Assembly (NCBI GenBank): GCA_028820655.1
Contig: JAPPIK010000015.1
Span: 7,562-71,561, forward strand
Source: Candidatus Poribacteria bacterium
GTDB taxonomy: Bacteria > Poribacteria > WGA-4E > JAJDTR01
Length of the DNA: 64,000 nt
Reading direction: 5' to 3'
Each line of letters opens with the position of its first letter. Position 1 is the first letter of the stretch. Made by a program: the position numbers and the translations under genes. The notes beneath the pieces were generated by a model. The model was not told where the DNA came from and made no database searches. It was given only the letters and a program-made list of their open reading frames with translations. Of the stretch, positions 41,201-50,612 are shown in pieces.

Positions 41201-41333
41201 TCCACAAATCTATGAGCGTTTTCGTTCGATCTTCAGACTTTCGCGCTTTGTGTATGTGCGCGGTTTTGTGCAGCGGAAAGACGGAATAATTCATGTGAAA
41301 GCCCAATCGTTTGAACGGTTGGATTGGGACTAA
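38211..41333 (+). CDS. dnaE2: Error-prone DNA polymerase III alpha DnaE2
   Basis: YAELHCHSHYSFL.GAS, QGRGSAANS, PDIDLDF, QWDKD, FQVESR, YGFCKSH, QRPPTAKG. Confidence 0.95.
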   Translation: MEYAELHCHSHYSFLNGASGPDELVEQAVKLGLKGLALTDDDGLYGVIPFVRICEELGLPYCVGASITVGQDDTELEPQTGQHDDDHIVLLCQNLTGYHNLSQLITRARHARPKGEARTTLDAINELSEGLICLVGGRDGNIPKLVQDDQVGRASAEIEPYREIFGTNRLYVELVNHREPGDFARCRKLYKLASESGLECVATNGVRYASRDKATLYDVLRCIAHKVTLDKSDAIRPQNHQRYLKNADAMGILFAEIPNAIKNTSLILDQCQLDLDFTEYRFPDFSTPEGHTDESYLITLCDEQLTKKYEVVTVEVKERLKEELNLILRLDLAGYFLVVWDIVAFARSRRIPVQGRGSAANSLVAYLLDITPVDPIAHNLFFGRFLNDEKSTIPDIDLDFAASRNAHLADREDVIQYVYEKYGFDYVALACTFITYRVRGAIREVGKVFGVPNRILDRMSRLAESRNVSSAFDKIDEVEEFASYASRPIWKHFREHVEAIIGTPRHLSMHPGGMVVTSCNLSTLVPLEPARMEGRRVCQWDKDMIEDAGLIKVDLLGLGMLAVVRETVDLIADAHGVDIDLAALPSGDPNVYDMLAVSDVIGVFQVESRVQMSTLPRIKPRSIAELAIQIALIRPGPIQGNMVSPYLLRRANREAVRYPHPQLESILKETLGVILFQEQVLQVVCCIAGYSPGQAENLRRNLNKTPSKKAVAEMQSAFVASAMQNGVSRPDATKIFGYVAGFAGYGFCKSHALSFAHLVYQAAWLKCYYPDAFLAALLNNQPLGFYPTDVLINDAKRRSIRILPVDVNQSEARCTVESKGAVRLSLTCVKGLSLAKAQRVEAARRTGEFVSIEDFVRRTELDCATIERLVAAGACDGYNLPRRKLLWQLWILDRWREHNLAIEPELACPDLPELNAWEELNWEYAAQDCSARAHPMQLMRARLKSYVCPSDKLKGLRDGVRVTVAGLVVCLQRPPTAKGFAFLVVEDEDSLINVVITPQIYERFRSIFRLSRFVYVRGFVQRKDGIIHVKAQSFERLDWD

Positions 41334-41482
41334 TGCCGCCTTATCGGCACGAAAATAGAATCGACACTTTGTGAAAATGTCACTTTGAATGTGAGCAACC
41401 AGCGAGAGTGTTTCACCGTCTCGCGACTTATGTGCATTAAGCTTGCTATGAAAACCACTTGGGCTCTCCGGTGTGACGCGCT

Positions 41483-42277
41483 TCACCTTCCGCGCATAAC
41501 GCCGAAAATGCCTAAAGCGCCGAGCAATGAAAGATTCGGAAATAGCAGGGGTGCAAACGCGGGGGCGCCGTAGAGAAAACTATCCTTAACGCTTGGCGCG
41601 GAAACTTGCAGATTAGCCGAAACGTGCCAACAAAAACCGACAATCCCCGTTACGCAGTTCAGAGCCAAAATCGCCAAGCAGAGCTTAAGAAACGACACGT
41701 TGTGCGGTTGCACAATCGCGGTTACTAGGAAGCCGACAGCCATTGCGCTAGTGTATACGGGAATCCACTCTCCCCAATTGAAAAAACCGTTCTGTGCGTG
41801 GTCGCAAAGTGAAAGGAGAAAGTTGCCGAGAAATCCGACGAACGCCATGACCAGTATCCACCTGCCCCATTCCGCCGAGTCCGCTTCAACCGTATGATGC
41901 ATGATTAACAGCAAGCCAATCCCTGCATAGGAAAGCGGCGCGATGAACGGTGCGGTATAAACAAGACTCTTGACGGTGAGATCGGAGAAAAACTGGCTTT
42001 CGAGATGAAACAGCATGCCGCCGATGCCGATGAATACGGAGACCCAGCCAACACCGCGACCGACGCAACGTTTCATCCGATCCTGTCCGCGAAATAGTGT
42101 CAACAATAACAATAGTGGGGCGGCAAGCGAAAATATCAGTGGTATCCATTCCGCACGATGCGCAAAACTGTTGACTGAATGTGCTATGAAAACGTCAAGT
42201 GCGAGAAATGATAGGTTGATGATGACGAAAAGTTCAAGCAGCACCGCTCGGTTGTATAGCCAATTACGGTTTTGCAT
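41483..42277 (-). CDS. Integral membrane protein with internal duplication, partner of the cytochrome
   Basis: Repeated H..N.F...EWIP and Y.AP..APL motifs; overlaps cytochrome stop. Confidence 0.75.
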   Translation of the reverse strand: MQNRNWLYNRAVLLELFVIINLSFLALDVFIAHSVNSFAHRAEWIPLIFSLAAPLLLLLTLFRGQDRMKRCVGRGVGWVSVFIGIGGMLFHLESQFFSDLTVKSLVYTAPFIAPLSYAGIGLLLIMHHTVEADSAEWGRWILVMAFVGFLGNFLLSLCDHAQNGFFNWGEWIPVYTSAMAVGFLVTAIVQPHNVSFLKLCLAILALNCVTGIVGFCWHVSANLQVSAPSVKDSFLYGAPAFAPLLFPNLSLLGALGIFGVMRGR

Positions 42278-43499
42278 GGTTTTTCCGTAGTTGCGCCGCA
42301 ATCTCCCTCATTTCAGTGATTTTTACCAGCAGTTCGTAATTCCCGTGCCACTGCACGAAGTCTGCGCCGCCCATGAATGCTCCGTGTTTCGCGGTCCGTC
42401 CATAGTAGTGCCACAAGTCAAAATAGAGAAACTCGATTGATTCATCGAATGCTTCCTCGGTAAGCAATCCCTCTTCTCGGAGCGCAGACATCAACGCTTT
42501 TGCTTCGGCAATCTTCGCGTTGGTGTCCACAATCACCCCTTCAGCCTCTTGATAGAATCGATCGACGTGTGATTGCGCGTGACACTTCAGACAAACCTCT
42601 TTCATGGCTGTCTGTCCCTGGTGATAGCTCGGCCGCTTCTCCGAGACCGGGGCGAACAACCAATAAGATAACCGTTCCGTGGTGTCGTGGGTCACCTTCA
42701 AGCCTTCCAGCCCGCTAAGGTGGCAGGTCGCACAGGTCGGGACGGACATGTCTGCGGTGGTTAGCCGCTTGGGGTCGGCTCCAAGATTCATCTCGCGTTT
42801 CTGCGCATTGTATAGCGCACCGTGCTTCGATTCGTGGAAAATCTCAATTTGGGAGTGGTCCGGTCCCATGTGGCACTGTCCGCAGGTCTCAGGTTCTCGT
42901 GCGAGCGCCACGGACGCGCTGTGCCGCGCGTGGCAATGTGTGCATGTTCCTATAGATTCGTCAGCGTTCGGCTTGCCGATGTCATGACACCCAAGACAAC
43001 CGACATTGATGGCGCTTTCCCCCTCTTTCCGTCCGAGTCGATTCTCGGGACGATCCACCGCTCCGGCGTGGTACGTCTCGGCAAATTCAATTTGCTCCAC
43101 GGTAAAATCCTGTACCCCTCGAACCGCCGCCCACGCTGGCGCGCCATGGCGGCTTCTGATGAACTGGTTATATTCCGTTGCGTGGCACTGACTACAATTC
43201 TTCGCGGTCAGATCTTTGGTGATAGTGAATCCGTTATGCACGCGCTGTTCCTGCCCCTCCAACGCTTGGTGGCAATCAAGGCAGTTGATACCTTTTTCCG
43301 CATGAAGGCTCCTCTCGAATTGATGCACCACTGCGGACGTTTCCCGGCGGTGGCAGGTCGCACATTTGCCGGTTGCTCTCACAAATTCCGGGCTCGGCTG
43401 TTCCGTTTCGTGACCGGGGCGATTCGCGTTAAAAATCAATGCGGCGACAATCAGGGCGGTACCCAAGAATACAGAGATAAAGATAGATTTGAATGACAT
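42264..43499 (-). CDS. Octaheme cytochrome c, hydroxylamine oxidoreductase (HAO) family
   Basis: Eight CxxCH (CATCH, CLDCH, CSQCH, CLGCH, CTHCH, CGQCH, CATCH, CLKCH); CHMGPDH, ESKHG; N-terminal anchor. Confidence 0.9.
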   Translation of the reverse strand: MSFKSIFISVFLGTALIVAALIFNANRPGHETEQPSPEFVRATGKCATCHRRETSAVVHQFERSLHAEKGINCLDCHQALEGQEQRVHNGFTITKDLTAKNCSQCHATEYNQFIRSRHGAPAWAAVRGVQDFTVEQIEFAETYHAGAVDRPENRLGRKEGESAINVGCLGCHDIGKPNADESIGTCTHCHARHSASVALAREPETCGQCHMGPDHSQIEIFHESKHGALYNAQKREMNLGADPKRLTTADMSVPTCATCHLSGLEGLKVTHDTTERLSYWLFAPVSEKRPSYHQGQTAMKEVCLKCHAQSHVDRFYQEAEGVIVDTNAKIAEAKALMSALREEGLLTEEAFDESIEFLYFDLWHYYGRTAKHGAFMGGADFVQWHGNYELLVKITEMREIAAQLRKNHAKP

Positions 43500-43522
43500 T
43501 TTGATTTTGTCCCGTTTCTTTT

Positions 43523-45475
43523 TCAGTCCCCACGCTTCAACGCCGAATAGATTAAATTGCAAGCATCACCTCGGGTCAGATCCTGACTCATGCCGACACC
43601 CAATGATCGGCAAAGTTGCTCTCCCGCCTGCCGGTTGGGGGACAAACCGCAGTCGACAAGCTGGCTGCAAAAGTCGCCCGCTTCAACAGAGCCTTCGGTA
43701 TCAACCTGTTTCTGCAGCGCGGCGGCTAGCGAACGAGCATCAAGATTACCGCTGAGCAACTCGCCTGCCCCTTTTGCCCAAGTGCGTGCCGTTGCGGCAT
43801 CCAAATCATCCTCGGGATTCGCGTCGTAGGAAGGGAAAAACCCCTTGGTTCCCAAGTATTGTATCGCCGGAATCCACGCCTCGGGACCGGCAATATCAAT
43901 ATCGTTAAAGAAGGACAGCGAGATCCGGCTATCAGCCAACTCCATCTGCAACCGATTTACATCGATGGCGGCGGGCGGAACGTTTTGTTGCTTTGCCATG
44001 ACTATGGCGTGAGCGGCAGATTCGCCGATATTCATCCAGGTAGGTTCTAGGCGAACCGTGCCCCAGGCAACATGGGTGGAAGATACGCAGCCGGGGATGA
44101 GCAGATTATCGATATCTTTTGGGAGCAGGGCTCGGTAAGAAAGCTGGCCGGGGAAAGTGTGCCAATTGAGCACAAGTTTTCCCTCTTCGATGGCGCCTTT
44201 GGCTTTCTCGTTGGTGCAGCCGTGGGTATCCATGTACCACTCGGTAAACGCGATGCTGTCGCCAAAGAACGGCGCCCGGTCGTAGCCGGCGCAGAGGCTG
44301 GCGTCGTGCTGAGTGAACATGTAGCGGCCCTCCAGTCTCCGTGACTCCCGAACGTAAATCTCATGGGGAACGTGCCCGTTCTCCGGGAACTCATCCTTCG
44401 CGAATCCCAAGCCCCGCCAACGCTCCCGCACCTTTTCGTCCACGGATGGATCGTTCCGAAGGAAATGAAAGATTTGGAAAGTAGCCTTCAGGTGCTCGTC
44501 CATTACCTTCCGCCGCACACTCCAATCCCCCTCCGGGTAGGCGCTTTGCGAGCCCAAAATTTGGGGCCGATTCCAGCCCCATTTCCTATTCGGAAGCGGA
44601 CCGTTCACCGAGCTCCAGCCGAAGGTTTTCAAATACTCCGGATCGTAACCCTCCGGACATTCCGGGATATACTGATTCTCGGGATCCTCGGAGAGCACCA
44701 TACGATAGTTATACGCCTGCACGACGCCGTCGCCCGCTCCGGTACTTTGATCCAAAACCCTGAGGATGCGGTATCCCAATTGCCGTAGATTGAGATTCTC
44801 CCTTATTCGCCTGGCGCGGGGATCCACGTAATCTGCGTCGTCATCGGCGCCGCCCAATTTCTCCATGAAAATGTGACCTGCATGGGGTTCGTCAAACTCA
44901 TCCCTCGATTCTCGCCCAACCCGATAGGAGGTTCCGGATACAGCCATCAAATCCCCTTCGTAACTACAATCGGCGAACGCGTCGGCAGCGACTTTGTACC
45001 TCTTGCCGCCATCCATCTCGGCAAGGGTAACCGACTTGACCGCCCGCCCGCCACGGATGGCTTCCACCGGATATACATTGAAGATTACCCGGATGTTCGA
45101 TTCCGCCTCCACCATCCCCGTAACCATCGATTGGAATACGCTTGCCTCATACCTCCCGTTGCTATGATACGTGGCCGGCGTGTCCGGAGGAGCCGGAAGA
45201 GAATTGCGATAATCCCGCGAATCTTCGCCGTATTTCTCCTTGTAGTAGTCGAACAGCCCCCAGCGAAGCTCGTCATAGACAGGACTACGCCTGCCCTCAT
45301 AAAGCGTATCCCAGAGGCTGAGACCGTTTGCAGGCAGTCCGCCCAGCACCGGCGTGTGATTGGAGAGAATAACCTCCAGTCCTTCCCGAGCAGCCGTGAT
45401 GGCGCAGGCAATCCCGCCCGGATTGCCGCCAACCACGAGAAGGTCACAATTCAGGCGCACATTAGCATCAGGCAT
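43523..45475 (-). CDS. FAD-dependent oxidoreductase (xanthan-lyase-associated type)
   Basis: VVGGNPGG, DCSYEGDL, VQAYNYR, YVRESRR, RLEPTWM. Confidence 0.88.
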   Translation of the reverse strand: MPDANVRLNCDLLVVGGNPGGIACAITAAREGLEVILSNHTPVLGGLPANGLSLWDTLYEGRRSPVYDELRWGLFDYYKEKYGEDSRDYRNSLPAPPDTPATYHSNGRYEASVFQSMVTGMVEAESNIRVIFNVYPVEAIRGGRAVKSVTLAEMDGGKRYKVAADAFADCSYEGDLMAVSGTSYRVGRESRDEFDEPHAGHIFMEKLGGADDDADYVDPRARRIRENLNLRQLGYRILRVLDQSTGAGDGVVQAYNYRMVLSEDPENQYIPECPEGYDPEYLKTFGWSSVNGPLPNRKWGWNRPQILGSQSAYPEGDWSVRRKVMDEHLKATFQIFHFLRNDPSVDEKVRERWRGLGFAKDEFPENGHVPHEIYVRESRRLEGRYMFTQHDASLCAGYDRAPFFGDSIAFTEWYMDTHGCTNEKAKGAIEEGKLVLNWHTFPGQLSYRALLPKDIDNLLIPGCVSSTHVAWGTVRLEPTWMNIGESAAHAIVMAKQQNVPPAAIDVNRLQMELADSRISLSFFNDIDIAGPEAWIPAIQYLGTKGFFPSYDANPEDDLDAATARTWAKGAGELLSGNLDARSLAAALQKQVDTEGSVEAGDFCSQLVDCGLSPNRQAGEQLCRSLGVGMSQDLTRGDACNLIYSALKRGD

Positions 45476-45653
45476 AGTATTCTCCGTAATGGGTCCGAGG
45501 ACAGCCGACCTACATTGGCGTTTTGAGGCGGTAGTCCAGCCGCGGCGGGAGTGTCCGGTGCGATGTCAATCGCGCCGATTCTATCAACTAAAGCCACCTG
45601 CGTCAATATCATCCAGCATCAGGTTTCCGGGGCGACACAAGAAAACGATCAAC

Positions 45654-45686
45654 AAAAAAGGCACCTAGAAAAAACTAGGTGCCTTT
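45654..45686 (-). terminator. Intrinsic terminator downstream of tRNAs
   Basis: aaaggcacctag / ctaggtgccttt stem with a T-run on the minus strand. Confidence 0.8.
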
Positions 45687-45754
45687 GGTCTGTGTCCGCC
45701 AGGTTCAGGGGGTTCAATTTTTAGGTGTCGAGTATCAAACTACACAAGAGACAA

Positions 45755-45826
45755 TAGCGCTACGGGGAATCGAACCCCGGTTTGATGGCTGAGAACCACC
45801 CGTCCTAACCCCTAGACGATAGCGCC
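45755..45826 (-). tRNA. tRNA-Glu (CTC)
   Basis: GGCGCTATCGTCTAG...GGTGG TT CTC AG CCATC...GGTTCGATTCC...TAGCGCTA; CCA not encoded. Confidence 0.95.
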
Positions 45827-45830
45827 CAAT

Positions 45831-45904
45831 TGGCTGCCCGGGAAGGACTCGAACCTTCGCAACATGGTCCAGAGCCATGCGTCCTGCCATTAGACGACCG
45901 GGCA
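45831..45904 (-). tRNA. tRNA-Gln (CTG)
   Basis: TGCCCGGTCGTCTAATGG...CATGG CT CTG GA CCATG...GGTTCGAGTCC...CCGGGCAGCCA. Confidence 0.95.
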
Positions 45905-45924
45905 ACACTAGATATGTTTATTAT

Positions 45925-45953
45925 ATTATAGCAAAATACACGCTCTCTGTCAA
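45925..45953 (-). promoter_or_regulatory. Consensus sigma70 promoter of the tRNA operon
   Basis: TTGACA-17-TATAAT on minus strand, ~20 bp before tRNA-Gln. Confidence 0.9.
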
Positions 45954-46104
45954 GTGTTTGAATCGCACAATCGACAACGACTCCGGAATACTTGAAAGTC
46001 TTGAATCATCAAAGCCCCGAATTCCCTTCTAATTCAGCCGATGTGTCCGAGACAGAGCAGACCTTTCGCCCCGCTTGGGCTTGGTAATGAAAGCGTCCAT
46101 TGAT

Positions 46105-46166
46105 TCTATACACCTTCAGGATCTCTATCGCGCTCACTATCCGTTCACTTGATCCCCGCTGGGACT
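46105..46166 (+). repeat. Family A inside CTATACACC..CCCCGCTGGG element
   Basis: ctatacaccttca[ggatctctatcgcgctcactatccgttcacttgat]ccccgctgggact. Confidence 0.85.
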
Positions 46167-46405
46167 ATAGAGCGTAAAACTAATGAAGCAAGAAACAGCC
46201 GCCGTGGTTATTGTTATCGTGAAGGCGACTGAAAGATTTCAGATGCGTTTCCCCCGAGGATTCCACACTTGACGATGGGGACAGAACTCGGCTATAGTGT
46301 CTATCAGATTGCGTCCCTGCCCCAAACAACATCATGGTCCTCTCCCTGCTGCAACTTATCGCCATCCGCTGATGACTCTGCGAATCATAACGGTAGGAAT
46401 AGACA

Positions 46406-47707
46406 GTGAGCGGCAATCCGAAACCGAACATCATCTTTATACTCGCGGACGATCACGGCTACGGCGACATCTCCGCCCACAACGGACCGGGAATTCAAAC
46501 TCCCCACCTCGATGGCATCCGCTCACGCGGAATGCGGCTCAACCGGTTCTACGCGAATTCGACGGTATGTTCCCCGAGCCGCGCATCGTTGCTGACCGGC
46601 CGCTACCCGGACCGCGTCGGCGTGCCGGGCGTGATTCGCCAGACGGTAGAGGATAGCTGGGGCTATTTCGACCCCAATGCCGTTACGCTGCCCGACATGC
46701 TTCGCCGAGCAGGATATGAAACGCTCCACATCGGCAAGTGGCACCTCGGGCTGGAAGATGAAAACCACCCGTGCGAACGCGGGTTCGACGAGTACCACGG
46801 CTTCATTGACGACATGATGGACGACTACTGGACGCATCGCCGCATGGGAAAGAACGGTATGCACCACAACCGGGAGGTCATTGACCCGATAGGACATGCC
46901 ACCGATCTGTTCACCGACTGGGCGATTGACCGCATTCGGGATCGAGAAGGCGCCGAAACGCCGTTCTTTATGTATCTTGCCTACAATGCGCCTCACGGAC
47001 CTATTCAACCGCCGGAGGAATGGGTGAGAACCGTCCGCGAGCGGGAACCGGAGCTTGACGAGAAGCGCATCCGCTACAATGCGCTGGTCGAACATCTGGA
47101 TGACGGGGTGGGGCGCGTGATGGGGGCGCTGGACGAAACTGGACTGGCGGAGAACACCATCGTGATCTACACGTCGGACAACGGGGGCTTGTTGGCAGAC
47201 GGCGCCTATAACGGTCCATTACGAGGCGGCAAGACCGACATGTACGAGGGAGGCATCCGCGTCCCCTGCTTCGTTCAATGGTCGAACCGTATCGAACCTA
47301 ACTGCGAGTCGGATCAAATTGTCATGCTCATGGACTTCTTCCCGACGTTATGCGAGATTGCCGGCGTTGAAGTGGCTCACACGATCGAAGGGCGTTCCAT
47401 TCTTCCTTTGCTGATCGGGGGTGAGGTGGACTTCTCGGACCGCGTTTACTACTGGGTGCGGCGCGAAGGATTTTTTTCGCAGCGCCGCTATGTCGGGAAC
47501 GACTATCATGCGATTCGCAGGGGTGATGTGAAACTGCTGCACAACGATGCCTTCTCCCCGCTTGAGCTGTTTGACCTGGCTGAAGACGAGCGGGAAACGA
47601 CAGACCTGTCAGGTACAAACGATACGGACATGAACGATCTCTGCCGCCTCATACAAGCGCACATTCGACAAGCGGGAGCCGTCCCTTGGCAGAAGAAAAG
47701 CGAATAA
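46406..47707 (+). CDS. Sulfatase (Cys-type, arylsulfatase-like)
   Basis: PNIIFILADD, CSPSRASLLTG, GKWHLG, SDNG, YEGGIRVP. Confidence 0.95.
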   Translation: MSGNPKPNIIFILADDHGYGDISAHNGPGIQTPHLDGIRSRGMRLNRFYANSTVCSPSRASLLTGRYPDRVGVPGVIRQTVEDSWGYFDPNAVTLPDMLRRAGYETLHIGKWHLGLEDENHPCERGFDEYHGFIDDMMDDYWTHRRMGKNGMHHNREVIDPIGHATDLFTDWAIDRIRDREGAETPFFMYLAYNAPHGPIQPPEEWVRTVREREPELDEKRIRYNALVEHLDDGVGRVMGALDETGLAENTIVIYTSDNGGLLADGAYNGPLRGGKTDMYEGGIRVPCFVQWSNRIEPNCESDQIVMLMDFFPTLCEIAGVEVAHTIEGRSILPLLIGGEVDFSDRVYYWVRREGFFSQRRYVGNDYHAIRRGDVKLLHNDAFSPLELFDLAEDERETTDLSGTNDTDMNDLCRLIQAHIRQAGAVPWQKKSE

Positions 47708-47761
47708 GCGGCATCGGCGTGACGGAAAATCCTATGAGATGGTGATTTTCCTTCGCCCGAC

Positions 47762-47784
47762 GGGTTAGGGGACCCAACCCCTAC
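47762..47784 (+). repeat. Intact CTAC-type REP hairpin
   Basis: gggttaggggacccaacccctac. Confidence 0.6.
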
Positions 47785-47932
47785 GGAAGTGGTGCATGGC
47801 ACGATTTGATTGGGCGCAACGTTTTGCTCAATCGTAAGGGCGGAATTGCCCGCCCTGAAGAGTTTAATTGGCTCCATTTATGTGCCGCGAATAGAGAAAC
47901 TTGGGAAAAGCATCCATCAAGAGAGGCGGAGC

Positions 47933-48784
47933 ATGAACACCAGTCCAATCATATCCGGCGAACCATTCGGGGTGGAAAAATCACGGGCGATTGTCCAACA
48001 ATTGCACCGTGACGGTTTCGCCCATATCCGCGGTGTGCTGACCTCGGAAGAAGTCAGCGCCTTACGCGCAAAAACCGACGAACTTTTTGCCGACCCTGCC
48101 CTCTTCGACAGAACCAATCCGGAACTCGCCGACCCGAGATATATCCAGTTGGGAAGGCACCAAGAATCGGGGGAGGAACTCCCGTTTATTTTGAGAAATA
48201 CCATTGAGCTCGCCCCAATCTTTCGAGACATGCTCCTTCGGGAGCCGATTCTCAGCATAGCGGAAGCGGTGGTAGGGGGAGACCCCAAGTTCTGCGGGCA
48301 GAATGTCCTGCGGAATCTTCCCGGAGTGGCAATTGAACGATGGCATGTTGACGGGCAGGTTCATTTTCCGCTGCCTGAGAACGTCTCTCGCCACGACCCG
48401 CGGATTCGGATGCCGGTCATGTGGTTTACCGTCCAGATGGCGCTGACCGACATCACCTCAATCGAGCAGGGACCAACGCAATACGTTCCCGGCAGCCACT
48501 ATTCCGGCCGCAATCCTAATGACCAAGACCACCCGGAGTTTGAAGGCAGGGGTCCGGTGTCGATTTTCTGCAAAGCCGGCGACATCTACCTGCAAGACCC
48601 CCAATGCTGGCACCGAGGAGCGCCCAATCTATCCAATGATACTCGCTATATATTGCAATCACAGTACGCCGCCGATTGGGCATATTGGCGTTTTAGTTTA
48701 TGCAATCGCGTCCCTGTTCCCGAGGATGCACTGCACACCGCCAGCGATCGGCTGCTGAGCCTTTTGGGCAGAAGCCGTCCATAA
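47933..48784 (+). CDS. PhyH family dioxygenase
   Basis: WHVD, GPTQYVPGSH, AGDIYL...WHRG; start MNTSP. Confidence 0.9.
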   Translation: MNTSPIISGEPFGVEKSRAIVQQLHRDGFAHIRGVLTSEEVSALRAKTDELFADPALFDRTNPELADPRYIQLGRHQESGEELPFILRNTIELAPIFRDMLLREPILSIAEAVVGGDPKFCGQNVLRNLPGVAIERWHVDGQVHFPLPENVSRHDPRIRMPVMWFTVQMALTDITSIEQGPTQYVPGSHYSGRNPNDQDHPEFEGRGPVSIFCKAGDIYLQDPQCWHRGAPNLSNDTRYILQSQYAADWAYWRFSLCNRVPVPEDALHTASDRLLSLLGRSRP

Positions 48785-49025
48785 CCTCGTAAAACGCAAG
48801 AAAATTACGACAGCGAATGACGCAGTGATAGAAAGTCGCCTCTCCCTTACTGTGTTCCTCACTGAACGCCCTGCAAATCGGGGCAATCCATTGGATAAAA
48901 CGAGTGAAAAATGAGTACGATAGTAGATCCTACGCGATAGCTTGTCCTGATTTACACGCTCTATCGGCTTCGGCATTTCGTTGCGTGGATTTTTACTGAA
49001 CATCAAGCGAACGAATAATGAGCCG

Positions 49026-49074
49026 GATTTGCTATCGCCTTCGCTTTTCGCTCAGTTGAGCGATAGAGGTCCCC
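49026..49074. repeat. Family A unit fused head-on to an inverted partial unit
   Basis: gatttgctatcgccttcgcttttcgctcagttga + gcgatagaggtcccc (reverse complement ggggacctctatcgc). Confidence 0.7.
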
Positions 49075-49169
49075 TGGTCACTTTATTTCTCTCGCTACAA
49101 AAACCGAATCAAATACGGTGACCGCCCCACCTCCAAGCCTTCTGGTGCTGTCTTCCCCGGAACGCACTC

Positions 49170-50396
49170 CTACCCGCCACCGGGAATCGGAAACCACAGT
49201 CCTCCCGTTTTAACCGCCAATGCTTTATCCAGCGTCCTATTCACGCCGATGACGTCCAATTTAATACCCGCGCCTCGGCATTGGCGCAACACCTCCGTAA
49301 TAGGATACGAGCCCTTCGTGGATTCGTCAGTGACGAGAACAAACCTCCGGTCGGCGTTGGATCGGAATTTAACGCGTTGGATAGACTTTACAATCGCGTC
49401 ATACGCTCGCTCATCGCCGCCGCGTTGAATGACATGCGACTCTAACAGGTATTCATACTTGGCATAATCCTTCGTCTGGGGAAACACGATGGTGTCGCGA
49501 TCAAGGTACTTGAAGGTAATAATCCCCAAGGTGAAGTTGACCTCTTTCTCTTGAAAAACATCCACCATACGTCTAAGCTGCCCTCCCACCGCACGGATGT
49601 TGTCCTCCATGCTGCCGCTGGCATCCAACAGAAAAACAATATCCACGGGTGAAGATCTCGTCCCGCCCGCGACGCTTTCCGCTATTCCCTCCAGCGCCGC
49701 CCCGATCTGTTCTTCGCGGCTTGCGGGAGGCGTGTGTTCAGCCGCTGTCTCGGACTCTTTTTCCGTCGGTTGAGATGAATCGCGTTTTAGCCCAACCTCT
49801 CGCGCCTGCGGCGAATGAACCACTATTCCGGCGGGCGACCCACTCGATTCCTCTAGCAACGGTTCCATCCTCGAATGGTTTGATAACAGGGCATCGGACA
49901 GATCAAGTTTCGCGTCCGTGCTCAGTGTTTGAGAGGTGAGCGGGGTTAGCTGCGCGATGTGCTTTACGCGGTCGGCTGCGGGCCGCGATTGGGCTGTGGG
50001 CCGGATTAGGGTAGGGTCGGGCGGCTTGCGGTGTTGCGGCGTGGACGCGCTAACCATTTTCCTTGCGCTCGAGATGTGGAAATGGGGGAGGTCCACAAGC
50101 TCAATCGGCGCCATCATAATCGGCTCCGGGATCGGAGGAGGGCGGTACCACTCCGGGAGACGAACATTCATGGCGGCAAGAACCAGGATGTGCAAAAGCA
50201 GCGAGACGATGAATGAAACGCGCGTACGCCGTTGACGCTTAGGTCGTGTGTCGAGCACATTGGTTTTGGCGTTGATTTCAGCCCATTGAGCGTATTGGTG
50301 CCGGAGCAGTGTCTTTCCGGTGACACACATTACAGGGGTTCCACCTTGCACAGCCTGAATTTTTCTAGTGTTCTTTATTGTTCTGCGCGTAACCAT
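49170..50396 (-). CDS. Membrane-anchored von Willebrand factor A domain protein
   Basis: TM SLLLH, low-complexity linker, DIVFLLDASGSM MIDAS, LVTDE; start uncertain. Confidence 0.85.
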   Translation of the reverse strand: MVTRRTIKNTRKIQAVQGGTPVMCVTGKTLLRHQYAQWAEINAKTNVLDTRPKRQRRTRVSFIVSLLLHILVLAAMNVRLPEWYRPPPIPEPIMMAPIELVDLPHFHISSARKMVSASTPQHRKPPDPTLIRPTAQSRPAADRVKHIAQLTPLTSQTLSTDAKLDLSDALLSNHSRMEPLLEESSGSPAGIVVHSPQAREVGLKRDSSQPTEKESETAAEHTPPASREEQIGAALEGIAESVAGGTRSSPVDIVFLLDASGSMEDNIRAVGGQLRRMVDVFQEKEVNFTLGIITFKYLDRDTIVFPQTKDYAKYEYLLESHVIQRGGDERAYDAIVKSIQRVKFRSNADRRFVLVTDESTKGSYPITEVLRQCRGAGIKLDVIGVNRTLDKALAVKTGGLWFPIPGGG

Positions 50397-50490
50397 AGGA
50401 CAGCCCAAGTTGCTACTTACAGGATTTCAGACAGGCATCATCGTTATTTCTTTTGAAATGAGTCCATTAATCGCGGAGATTTTGTGAGGC

Positions 50491-50590
50491 AAGGGATTTG
50501 ATATGGGAACCCTATCGCGCACGTTAGCCATTCGCTTGTTCTGTCGGTAGTCTGCGCATCACATGCACAATCTAACAGATTGTGCTACAA
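50491..50590 (+). repeat. Family A with stutter plus REP GCACAATCTAACAGATTGTGCTAC
   Basis: gggatttgatatgggaaccctatcgc...cgcttg; REP repeated at ~53993-54016. Confidence 0.75.
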
Positions 50591-50612
50591 TGGTGGCAAC
50601 GTAGGTTAGATT

